NCBI GenBank assembly: GCA_038087875.1
Contig: CM075994.1
Location: forward strand, 2,482,001 to 2,546,000
Length of the DNA stretch: 64,000 bases
Direction of reading: 5' to 3'
DNA from: Malacoraja senta
Lineage: Eukaryota
The notes below the pieces were generated by a model. It was given only the letters and a program-made list of their open reading frames with translations. It did not search any database and had not been told where the DNA came from. Numbering within the stretch: the stretch's first letter is position 1; each line of letters begins with the position of its first letter. Shown here one piece after another: positions 12,213 through 24,709 of the stretch. Position numbers and translations under genes: made by a program.

Positions 12213-12946
12213 TGGGTAAATATTTTTAGTATAATATCTAAAGTGACCAGCACACAAGTCGACCCGGATCCAAAATTTATAATACTCGGAACATTAGTAT
12301 TAAATCAAACATTTACAACAACACAAAGAAACTTTATTGATTATAGTATAATAACAGGAAAAAAATTAATTCTAAAATTTTGGAAAGGCCCTACGGCCCC
12401 CACAATCAAAATGTGGATTATAGAAATGACGGAGACCTTAAACGTGGAAAGAATCAGATTTTCCCTGTTGGACAAACAGGAATTATTCGTTGGAACATGG
12501 TCTCCCTTTATTGATTATTTAAAGGGTCAGAATGGTTCAGCACAGGAATCTGACTAATGCTCGGGCTAAAGAATGGATGAAATGCTATACTCTGAAATGT
12601 ACGAATATATCTCGAATGAAGTTTTTTATTTTAATAAATTTTTCCATTCTTCTTTAACCATCTTTTTCTTTTTTTTGTTGTTGTTTTTTTTTTGTTTTTT
12701 TTTGTTTTGTTTTTGTTTTTTTGTTTTCTCTTTTCTCTTTTTCTTCTCACTCTTTTCTTTCTTTACTTCATCTATCCTTTTAGTTCTATCTAGTTTAAAA
12801 AAAAAAAAAAGGCAAAAGGTATTGGAGACAATGTAATAATAATTGATAATATTATCAATTTAAAAATGTAAGACTGTAATGATGTTAATAGGTTGTGTAC
12901 TTTTCTCCAATAAAAAATATTTTAAAAAAAAAGAAAAAAGAAAAAA
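12213..12946 (+). mobile_element. L1 LINE 3' fragment (ORF2 C-terminus, T-rich 3'UTR, polyA)
   Basis: KKLILKFWKGPTAPTIKMW...WSPFIDYL; AATAAA and polyA at about 12909-12946. Confidence 0.85.
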
Positions 12947-15900
12947 CGGGACCGGTCCGCTGAAACTTACCGGCAGCTTTTAACGAGGGGTGAGTGACGT
13001 CATCAGACCAAGACTCCTGCCATTTAAATGTCGTTAACCCGTTCACCCCCGACGACGAAAACTTCTGCAAAACGAACAGCCAGGACAACGCCGCCGGAAG
13101 AAGAACTAGGCCAGACTGAAGCTTCGGCCTCAATTCCAGCGCCGACCCAAGAAGAAGCTCCCAGACAGTTCCGAAAGCCACAGCCTCAGCTACAGCCTAA
13201 AAAAATCGGACTGGATGAATTTCGAACTGTGGTTGGTGAGGAACTTTTAAGTATTAAGGAGGAATTTAAGGAAATGAAAGATGAATTAACGTCAGTGAAC
13301 GGACTGAAGGGAGAAATATCAACTATCATCACTGATAAGTTATCTTCAGTGAAGGAAGAAATATGTGACAGTATGGACGAACATATGGTGGAGGTAAACT
13401 CTAACCTACAAAAGTTGGAATCTGAATTTAGCAGTAAGTTGGAACCTATTATTGATGCGGTACAACAACATGATGTGGCTATACGCCACTTAGAAACACT
13501 AGCTGAGTCAAGTGCTGAAACAACAAAAAGAGTTTTAAACGAGACTCAGTGTCAATCTGATTTACTTGCTAAAGTAACCGAAAAATGTATTGATCTAGAG
13601 GGGCGCTCTAAACGTCAGAACTTAAGGATTGTTGGAGTTAAAGAAGGTAAAGAGAAAGGTAAAAACATACGTGACTTCACTGCTGAACTCCTACAAGAAG
13701 TTTTAAAACTGGATGAAAAACCTTTGCTGGACCGAGCCCACAGAGCACTGAGAGCTCGACCAGGTACTGGCGCCCCCTCAAGACATTTGATATAGAAGGT
13801 GCATTACTGTCATGTTTTAGAAGATATTTTGACGAGAATTGGTGCCAGCAAAAACTTAATATACCAAGGTGACAATATTTGTATTTTCAGAGATTATCCT
13901 GCGGAGGTTGTTAAGAGAAGAGCACTTTTTAACGAGACAAGAGCAATCCTGAGGAAGATTCCATCGCTCAGATATGGACTGCTGTATCCTGCCAAGCTGC
14001 GAGTCACCTACAAGGATAAAGAATCCTTCTTTACTGATCACAAAAAGGCATTTGAATTTGCTCGGGAGATTGAAAAGTCGTTGAAGGAGTGAATAACATC
14101 CCACGGCTTTAACAGCCGGCAGAGAACTGATTGGACTCTAAACTGGACTCTAAGGTGTTATAACTTAAAGATCTAACTTTGGTGAACAAGTTAGATAATT
14201 ATTAATTACTACTAATCATTACTAATATTTTTTTTAAATTAATTACTACTAATAAGAAGTTCAGGTAACACTTGACTTATGTAAACTTTACCTCTAATAC
14301 TTAACTAACAATCCCCAGGGGTGGAAATTGGCCTATTGTTGGATTAAACTCTTTTGGGCTTGTCCTGTTTACTTCCCCTTTCCTTTTCCTTTTTTAAAAA
14401 TTATAATTCTTTAAAACCGGAGCTAGTATTAATTTTATCAAAAGCTACGGAAGTTTTTGGATTTTTTGCCACAATAGGGTGGCTTTCACTAACTGCACCG
14501 TTTAAAGTTGTAGTTTTAGTCGCTTCTTTCTTTTTCCTGCACTCTTTTAACTCTTTACCTACTTATTTCATTTCTAATTTTTACCTCATTATTAAGAATT
14601 TATATATTTTTGGGAGACACCTTCGAGAGACAGATCAAACAGAACAAAAGCCATCCACCCTCTATTCAAGCAAAATGTTATGTCTAATGTGTTGAACCAT
14701 TTACTTTATCACAGACCATATAACTGATAAGATGCAAGACACTATCACGAAAATTGGGGGTAAAGGAATTACATTTTGTAGTTGGAATATCAAGGGCGTT
14801 GACGAACCAATTAAAAGAGGTAAAGTACTATCACACTAAAAATCAATTAATGCTGACATAATGTTCCTTCAGGAAACCCACCTTAAAAACGCAACACATA
14901 ATAGACTGAAAGGCAAATGGATTGATAAATTATATCATTCATCATTTCCCTTTAAGTCAAGAGGGGTAGCCATTTTAATTCGTAAGGGTATACCATTTAA
15001 ATATACCTCTTCTATTGTTGATACAGAAGGTAGATATGTTATACTAGTGGGTGAATTGCATTCAACAAGATTGATATTGGTGAATATTTATGCACCAAAC
15101 TTTGACAACCTGCAATTTTTAAAGAAAATATTGAAAACCATTCCAGAATTTGGACAATACAATTTGATAATTGGAGGAGATTTAAACTGTACACTAGATC
15201 CCTATTTGGATAGATCGTCAACTCAAAAGAAAACAAAATCCAAGTTGTCCGAATTATTAAATTCATATATAAACAGTGCAAATATAAAAGACATTTGGAG
15301 AATTGAAAACCCCTCAGGGCGAGAGTATTCATTTTATTCATCTTTATAAAACATATTCAAGAATTGATTATTTCTTAGTAGATTCCAAACATATTCCTTA
15401 TACGTATAACTCAAAATATCATAACATTATTATATCCAACCACTAACCTTTAGGGTAAAATTACAAGGAATATCGGAGAAACAGATAAATTGGAGATTTA
15501 ACCCACAAATCCTAAATGACAAGGCATGTTATGACTATCTTAAGTCGCAGATTAAAAACTTTTTTTCAGATAAATGACTTTCCAGAAATATCTGCTTCCC
15601 TGCTTTGGAAAACATTTAAAGCGTTTGTGAGAGGAGGAATTATTGCTTTTCAAGCTTCCCAAATAAGAAGAACCGAGCTGAACAATATGAGCTAGAAAGA
15701 CAGATAATACAGCTAGACATAGAAAATGCGATCGCCCCCTCTATTATAAAACATAATAAAATTGCTGCTCTCAAATATACTGTAGGTTAAATCATATACT
15801 TTCAGCTCAAATCTTAAGGCTTTTCCAGCATACTAAACAAACACACTTTGAATTTGGAGACAAACCATGGAAATTGTTAGCTCGTCAACTCCGTAAATTA

Positions 15901-16093
15901 GAAGACGAACGCACAATTTACAAAATCCATATCAGGCAAGGGAGACTTGCTTACACTACCCAAGGACATCAACGATAGATTTTTGCAATTCTATCAGACA
16001 TTATACTCATCAAAAACAACAGCCAGCTCTGCGAACATGCAATTTTTTTTTGCAGAAATGCAATCTCTCTGGTCTAAACGAGAGAGAGAGAGA

Positions 16094-19000
16094 ATTTTAC
16101 TTCGGAGTCACGTGAGTGACTACGTGAAGAAGAGCCCGTCCATCCGCACACGCGTCATATCGTCAGATGCATAACGCAGCGACCGTGTGTGGAGGAGCAA
16201 AGCACCTCCAAGCGGTGAGTAAGTAAAAACCTGAAGGTAAGTGGTTTCACTTTCGCTTTCAGGTCGCCTTCCTCGTTAGACTTGTAGTTGGAGTTAAACA
16301 CAAGTTAGTATGGAGAGAGGGCATAGAGGGAGGAGACGTACCGCAGGTAAACCTCAAGAAGACCGCGGGTCTGAGGGTAGCGGGCGTCCGTTTGAGGAGT
16401 CGGTGGCAGCGAGGCCATCAGATGCGGTAGAAAGTACCGTTACCGCGCCATTAGGGCGCAAGGCTGGGTAAAAGTCTGTGCGACCAGTAGACTCTGAGGA
16501 GTCAGACCTGGAGGTTAACCCTCCTCAGTCAGAAGTTATGGCTGCTCGGGTCGCTAGTTTAGAATTCCTCATGGGAAAGATGATATATCAGGACCCACAT
16601 CAGGAGGAATACAGTCCGCGTTGGCCTATGGGAGAGCCAGCGCAGGGAGTTCCTTGGATGGGTCGGGCACATCGTTGGCCTATAGGAGAGCCAGCGCCAG
16701 AAATGTCTGGAAAAAGGCAGTATATGTGTTGGCCTACAGAAGAGCCAGCGCCAGAAATGCCTGAACAAAGGCAGTATATGCGTTGGCCTACAGGTGTGCC
16801 AGCAGCAACAATGTCTGAAGGAAGACAGTATAAGCGTTGGCCTACAGGAGAGCCAGCGCCAGCAGCACCTGAAATAGGGCTGCCTATGCGTGGGCCTACA
16901 GGAGAGCCCGCGCGGGGAGATCCTGGTAAAGAATTTACTATGCGTAGGGCTATGGAAGAGCCAGTGCTCAAAACACCTGAAACAGGGATGCCAGATCTCC
17001 CCCCATCATGAGGAGGAACATCAAGATTCAGATGATGAATCATATGAGGACCAGAGCCCAATAACAGAGCCTAAAATACCAGGTCTGGCACAAAAGTTTG
17101 CTGTTCCCAGACTAACAGGGGAACCATTGGGAGATGAATTAGCAATGACTATAAATTACTTGCTCTCCCATCAGCTCCAGGAATTGACCATGGATGAGAC
17201 TGTCAAAAAATATGAAACCCCGCAGAATTGTGCACTTCTAGCAGTCCCAGCGGTGAATAAAGTAATATGGGGCTATTTGGGCATTGGTGCACAAGAAATG
17301 AAATTACAACGGGTGTTGAAATTGCTGGGGTCAGGCATTACGGCTTTCGCCAGAGGTTTGGATGAGGAGCATGTGTCTGCATCACAACAGGATGCCTTAG
17401 CACTCATGTGTAGTGCGCACTTTGAAATAAACTGTATTCGTAAAAGTGCCATAAGACCTAATATTCACCCTAAGTTTGCGGGGCTCTGTAAACCATCTAA
17501 TATTCAATTGCCTAACCTGCTTTTTGGAGAGAATCTAGCCAAAAGGGTAAAAGACCTGAATGAAGAAGCAAAAACCGTGGGAATGATGAAACCACCGGTG
17601 CTTGGCAGATCAACTCGAAGACAGTATCCCTACCGACGGATGTCTGGGGCCGGAGAAGGAACAAGTCGGTCTTTCCCATATACGCGTTATTGGCGCACTG
17701 CTCCTGGGATGCGTGGAGGTCACAGTATTCCCACTAAGAGCAGGGGACAACATTTGCCATCGGCAAACCTCGAGGTAGGTGGGTCTGGTCCGGTAAGAGA
17801 CATATTAAATGTTTCACACTCACAAGTTGGAGGAAGATTACAATTCTTCCTAAAAGAATGGCAACAAATAACAAATGATGCATTTATACTGTGCAGTATT
17901 GTGGGATTTAGAATTGAATTCTATCCACATTTGGATCCTCCTACTCAGCATATTTCATACCGGACACGTATTTTCTCAAAAGAAGAGAATATGCAGATTC
18001 AGGCAGAACTTGAAATATTGTGTAAAAAAGGTGTAATAGAGAAGTCAGTTGACCAACACCATAAATTTGTGTCAAGTATTTTTCCTAGACCAAAAAAGAC
18101 CAATTCTAGATCTGACAAGCCTTAACCCTTTTGTACAGTATAAACATTTTAAGATGGAGACATTTGCCAATGCCATTCAGCTAATTTCAAGAAAATGCTA
18201 TATGGCTAGCATAGATCTTCGAGATGCATATTACTCTGGCTGTGCATGGTAATGATTGGAGATACTTAAAATTTCGATGGATGAGTCAATTATGGCAATT
18301 TAAAGCAATTTAAAGCATTGCCTAATGGTTTAACTTCAGCTCCAAGACTATTTACAAAATTAATAAAACCAATTTTAGCACTACTAAGAGCATAGGGCCA
18401 TTTTTCTAATGGCCTATTTGGATGATATTCTGATTGCGGGAGACACTTTAATAATAATAATAATAATAGATTTTATTTATATAGCGCTTTTCAGGACTCA
18501 AAGTCGCTTGGCTACAGCAGAAGCGTCAGTGTCAAGAATTAAGCTCACTTTCGAGAGGCTGGGATTCATTATTCACCCAGTTAAATCCAAACTATTACCA
18601 TGCACAGAAATTGATTACTTGGGTTTTAACATTAATTCAGAACACATGGTAGTCACTTTGCCTAAAGATAAAAGGCTGCAGTTAATTGAAGGTTGTATTA
18701 GACTCATTACGCCAGCACCAACCCTCAATTAGGCAGGTAGCAAGCTTGCTGGGCAAATTAATTGCTTCTTTTCCAGCTGTACAGTTTGGACCACTGCATT
18801 ATTAGCATTTGCAGCGAGCAAAGGTACATGCATTAAGGATACATTTAGGGCATTTTGACAAGCCCATGCAATTGCCAATTGCAGCTATTACCGAAATAGA
18901 ATGGTGGATTAGCAATGTCTCTAAAGCTTCCAGACAAATTCTGGTTGAAACACCTTCCATTATTCTACAGACTGATGTAAGTGCTCTAGGTTGGGGTGCT

Positions 19001-21214
19001 ACTAATACTGTTTCCAGCTGTGGAGGTAGATGGAATGTGGAGGAAGTACCTTTGCTCCAAGAACAAGGTATCAATTACCTAGAGCTTTTAGGAACATTTT
19101 ATGGGCATAAAGCTTATGTTCTAATATGGAAAATTTGCATGTTCAGGTACAGATTGACAATACTACAGCTGTAGCGTATGTTAATCATATGGGTGGTATC
19201 ACGTCAGAATCTTGTGATAGATTAGCAAACGTGATCTGGACCTGCTGTATCAGCAGAAACATTTGGCTTTCAGCAATCTACCTACCAGGTAGATTCAACA
19301 TAGTTGCAGACACAAGGTCACGTAAATTCAATGACAATACAGAGTGGATGTTGGATCGTGAAAAATTTAATAAAATTGTTGCACGGTTCGGATGCCAGAG
19401 ATTGAATTGTTTGCATCCAGACTTAACCACCAATTGCCTAAGTATGTGTCATGGGAACCTGATCCTGGTGGCAGTAGCGGTGGATGCTTTCTCGTTGCAT
19501 TGGCGTAGTATGTTTCTGTATGCATTTCCTCCATTTTGCCTCATTAATCGGTGTATACAGAAAATCAAACAGGACTCAGCTGCAGGGGTTTTGGTGGTAC
19601 CAGACTGGCCTACACAGCCGTGGTACCCTCTGGTGTTAAAAATGATCACAAGGCCCCCTTATAATTATTCCTAAACAGGAAAACCTGCTTGTGAACCCTG
19701 TAACTGGTGATTCACATCCTTTACATGATCGTATTGGTTTATTGATTTGCAGATTCTAAGGAGGCCATATCTCGGAAGAGGATTATCAGATCGTACTGTG
19801 GATGTTATGGCGGCAGCCTGGAGGAATAGTACCCAGAAGCAGTACATTTCTTATATAAGGAAATGGGAGGTGTTTTGTTTACAACAGAATATTACATATC
19901 ACACTGCAGACATTTCAGATGTGTTAGAGTTCTGTCAACTCTTTATTTTGATTTACATTTAAGCTGTAGTGCGATCAATACTGCAAGGAGTGCTCTTTCT
20001 GCATATCTATGCAGGGAATCAGAACAAAATCCTGTAGGATCACACCCTTGGGACTGTAGGTTTATGAAGGGAATTTTTAATTCCAAGCCTCCTAGACGCA
20101 GGTATACAGAAATCTGGAATGTAAGAGATGTGCTTATGCTCCTTCGCCAATGGACGCCTATTGAAGCTCTGTGATTGGCCAAAATTACCTTGAAGATAGT
20201 TATGCTCATGGCACTAGTTTCAGCACAGAGAGTGCAAACATTGCAGAAATTACGAATAGACAGGATGAAAATGGCAGCAGATGCCATTACATTCTATGTC
20301 TATGATTTGATTAAACAGAGTAGGCCTGGATTCTCAGGATGTAAGTTGTTTTTTTCAGCATATCCTACGGATCCACGTCTATGTGTAGTAGCACATTTAC
20401 GATGTTACATTGAAGCCACCAGAACCGTAAGAGGTGCAGAATCAGCATTCTTTGTCAGCTATAAAAAACCGCATAAGAAAGTGTCGGTACAGACTATTTC
20501 AAGATGGCTGAAGCAGGTATTGATACTGACAAATTTAAATCTCATTCCACCAGGGCGGCATCAACATCGGCGGCCAAGGCTTTGGACGTTCCAATAGACC
20601 TTATCCTCGCGGCCGCAGGATGGGCAAGTAAACGGATGTTTCACAAGTATTACCATAAGGAGATTACAGATCCTGGGTTATTTGGTGGTGCTGTTTTTGA
20701 TTCACTATTAAGTCCCGCATTATGATAAAGGGGTTACTATTGTTGTGATAAATAAACCATTAACTGATTGCATCTATGCTGTGGTTATGCATTGTTGATT
20801 GCTTTACTTATTTAGAGTCAATCAATGCAGTGAGACGCCTGGATTTGAATCTACGGCGTGAAATCACAGAGCTTTGAAATCTTCACGTAGTCACTCACGT
20901 GACTCCGAAGTAAAATAGTAAGATTAAATGAGAACTTACCAGTTTGAAGTTTGATCTTTATTTTATGAGGAGTTACGATGAGGGACTACGTGCCCTCCGC
21001 TCCCACCCCTCATAAAGGTCAAGCTGGTAGTTCTAGTCTTTACGTATCTTACTATCATAGTTCAGTAATTGTTATCTGTGATTTCACACCGCTGCTTTGA
21101 AGATTGACGCGTGTGCGGCTGGACGGGCTCTTCTTCACGTGGTCCCTCATCATAACTCCTCATAAAATAAAGATCAAACTTCAAACTGGTAAGTTCTCGT
21201 TTAATCTTACTATT
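16094..21214 (+). mobile_element. Full-length DIRS1-like tyrosine-recombinase retrotransposon (degenerate ORFs)
   Basis: gag-like ORF1; RT (VGGRLQFF..W, IDLRDAY, YLDD); RNase H (TDVS..GWG, INYLEL, DNTTAVAY); methyltransferase-like (DAFSLHW..YAFPPF); recombinase (SAQRVQTL, HSTRAASTS); split ITRs and internal complementary region (ICR) at 20881-20992. Confidence 0.95.
16619..16990 (+). repeat. 54-bp (18-aa) tandem repeat, about 7 copies, in DIRS ORF1
   Basis: cgttggcctaYRggagagccagcg recurs at 16619, 16673, 16727, 16781, 16835, 16889, 16943 (RWPxGEPA). Confidence 0.9.
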
Positions 21215-22504
21215 ATTGGGCACAGAAATAACTATGATAGACATCGAACAGACCATTAATTCTCTGAAAAACGGGAAGACCCCTGGACCCGATGGCCTGA
21301 ACATTGAATTTTACAAAAAATTCAGTGACTTGGTCTCCCCACGCTTACAAACTCTATATAGCTATGCCTTTAAACAACAGATATTACCACCAACACTGAC
21401 TGAATCAACAATAATACTTATCCCAAAAAGAGATAAGGATCTTGAAGACCCTGGTTCGTATAGAGCCATAGCTCTTTTAAATACGGATCAGAAGATATTA
21501 GCTAAAATTTTAGCCCATAGATTAAGTTTAGTTATCGATAAATTAATACACCCTGACCAATCAGGTTTTATATCTAAACGATATTCATTTTTCAATTTGA
21601 GACGCCTGTTTAATATAATACATTCAAATAGAATACTAAATGAAGATTTAGCAATTATCTCGCTAGACGCTGAAAAAGCATTTGATCAAGTCCTATCTTT
21701 TTCCTGTGATGGAAAATTTTCAACGGTGAAAACTTTTGTTCATGGGTGAACCTCCTATATAAAACCCCAACAGCTAGAATACTGACAAACCAAATGTTGT
21801 CACCCAAATTTCACTTATCCAGAGGTTGTAGACAAGGATGTCCATTATCCCCGCTTTTATTTGCTCTCGTTATAGAACCACTCGCCGAGAGTATCAGATC
21901 TCACCCAGACATTCACGGGTACAATACTAAACATACAATTAATAAAATTTCTTTATACGCAGATGATGTATTATTATATATCACAAACCCCAAAATTAGC
22001 ATTCCGAGTTTATTAAATCTCATAACTCAATTTGGCTCATTCTCCTGATATAGAATTGGAATAAAAGCGAAATTATGCCAATAATGGAACAAAATCCATC
22101 TATACTTCAGCAATTTCCTTTTAAAATTGCCTACGAAAAGTTTAAATACTTTGGAATCTATGTGACCAGGAAATATACTTCTCTATTCAAATCAAATTTT
22201 CCTTGTTTAGTTACTAAATTACACAGAAACATCCAATTTTGGAAAACACTTCCCATCTCATTAGTTGGTAGAATTAATGCTATTAAGATGATCTTTCTCC
22301 CACAACTGTTATACTTATTCCAATCAATTCCGATATATCTTCCAAAATTGTTTTCAAACAAATTGATTCAATTATTACTAATTTTATTTGGGATTACAAG
22401 ACCCATAGAATAAACAAAAGACATCTATGTAAGTCTAAGGCTAATGATGGATTAGCTTTACCAAACTTTTTATTTTATTATATGAGCTAAACTCATATGT
22501 CAGG

Positions 22505-23659
22505 CTGTTATGCATTGATTACAGCTCGGCATTTAATACAATCATCCCCTCCAAGCTGGTTATCAAACTCTCAGAACTGGGTCTCTGCGTATCCCTCTGC
22601 AATTGGATCCTCGACTTCCTCATTCACAGACCACAGTGTTCGAATTGGTGGAAAAGTGTCCGCCTCGATAACAATCAGTACTGGAGCACCTCAGGGCTGC
22701 GTGCTCAGCCCCCTGCTGTACTCACTCTATACTCATGACTGCATAGCCGGTCATAGTGCGAACTCCATCATCAAGTTCGCTGACGACACCACTGTTGTGG
22801 GACGTATCACTGATGGGGACGAGTCAGAGTATAGAAGTGAGATCGACCGACTGACCAAATGGTGCCAGCACCAGCTCTCAACACCAGCAAAACCAAGGAA
22901 CTGATTGTGGACTTTGGAAGGGGTAGGATGGGGACCCACAGTCCCGTTTATATCAACGGGTCAATGGTGGAAAGGGTCAAGAGCTTCAAATTCCTGGGCG
23001 TGCACATCTCTGAAGATCTCTCCTGGTCCGAGAACACTGATGCTATTATAAAGAAAGCACATCAGCGTCTCTCCTTCCTGAGAAGATTACGGAGAGTCGG
23101 TATGTCAAGGAGTACTCTCTCTAACGTCTACAGGTGCACAGTAGAGAGCATGCTGACCGGTTGCATCGTGGCTTGGTTCAACAACTTGAGTGCCCAGGAG
23201 CGAAAAAGACTACAAACAGTAGTAAACACTGCCCAGTCCATCATCGACCTCCCTACCATCGAGGGGATTTATCACAGTCGCTGCCTCAAAAAGGCTGGCA
23301 GAATCATCAAGGACCCACATCATCCTGGCCACACACTCATCTCCCCGCATCCTTCAGGTAGAAGGTACAGGAGCCTGAAGACTGCAACGACCAGGTTCAG
23401 GAACAGCTACTTCCCCACAGCCATCAGGCCATTGAACTCAACTCAAACAAAACTCTGAACATTAATAGCCCATTATCAGTTTATTTGCACTTTATCTGTT
23501 TTATTTATTCATGTGTGTATATATTTATACAATGGTATATGGACACACTGATCCGTTCTTTATTCATGCCTTCTATATTCTGTTGTGCTGAAGCAAAGCA
23601 AGAATTTCATTGTCCTACCTGGGACACATGACAATAAACTCTCTTGAATCTTGAATCTT
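22505..23659 (+). mobile_element. Rex1/Babar LINE 3' portion
   Basis: TGAPQGCVLSPLLYSLYTHDC, IIKFADDTTVVG, LNTSKTKELIVDF, YRCTVES, TTRFRNSYFP; tail AATAAA + (cttgaat)n. Confidence 0.9.
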
Positions 23660-23847
23660 CTCCTTCTTGCTTTTTTTTCTCTCTTTCTCCTTTTTATTAG
23701 TTTATAGTCTCTTTTATTTCTTTTTTTCTCTACTTCTTTCCTTTAAAAAAACTTTAAACATTTAAGCTATGTAAGAACTCTGTAAGCAGTTTGTTGTTTA
23801 TTATCATTGGTACATATGCTTTTAATAAAAAAATAAAAAAATAAAAT

Positions 23848-24110
23848 AGTCCTGGCCCCCCCCCCCCGGAAGGGACGTTACCTTCATCATGGTGATTGAC
23901 AGGGGAGAGGACCAATCAGCTGATCTCAAGTTTTTTTAAACACTCATAACTTTTTTTATTTTTCATCGATCGGAAAAGTCCTCGGGGTTTGCTCAGCGGA
24001 GGAGGATTATGAGTAAGATGGCCAAAAATCACAGCGATACAGGGTAGCGTTTTTTCTAAAATCAATATACAGGGCAGACAGGTCAAGATGAGACTTTTAA
24101 TTATATAGAT
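23848..24110 (-). mobile_element. 5' part of a related non-autonomous Helitron
   Basis: Minus strand starts TCTATATAATTAAAAGTCTCATCTTG, similar to the 10639 terminus; 3' end not seen. Confidence 0.55.
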
Positions 24111-24127
24111 ATATAGACACACCCAAT

Positions 24128-24186
<59 letters not shown>

Positions 24187-24244
24187 TATATACACATACA
24201 TATATATATATACATATATAATATACATATACACACATATATAT

Positions 24245-24290
<46 letters not shown>

Positions 24291-24709
24291 GTATACATAT
24301 ATATATATATGTATATATACACACATATATATACATATACATGTATACACATATATATGTATACATATATACGGATACATATATGTATATGCGTATACAT
24401 ATATACGTATACATACATATACGTATACATATATATATATAAACATATATATGTATAAACATATATGTATGTATACATATATATATGTATACATATATAT
24501 GTGTGTATATATACACACACGTGTATATATATATGTATATGTATATATGTGTGTATACGTATATACATATATGTATCCATATATATGTATATATATATAT
24601 ATATGTAAACACACATATATATACATATATATATGTGTGTATACTCACATATATATATATATGTATACACACTTATATATATGTATACACACACATATAT
24701 ATATATATA
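24100..24709. repeat. Complex (TA/CA/TG) microsatellite; continues at 26312-26553 and 27070-27335
   Basis: Direct inspection. Confidence 0.95.

Larger units (their letters stand above)
12947..23846 (+). mobile_element. Near full-length L1 LINE (fish-type), disrupted, hosting DIRS and Rex1/Babar insertions
   Basis: ORF1 13028-14092 (coiled coil, DLEGRSKRQNLRIVGVKEG, LDRAHR, IFRDYP, YGLLYPAKL; internal stop at 13793); ORF2 from about 14732 (SWNIKG, FLQETH, GGDLN endonuclease; GKTPGPDG, SLDAEKAFD, RQGCPLSP, LYADD RT at 21216-22480); 3'UTR and polyA 23660-23846. Confidence 0.92.

Noticed and set aside
16619..16990. Regularly spaced repeats resembling a CRISPR array
   Set aside because: Eukaryotic context, spacers are mutually similar, array is in-frame coding within a DIRS ORF, and there are no cas genes
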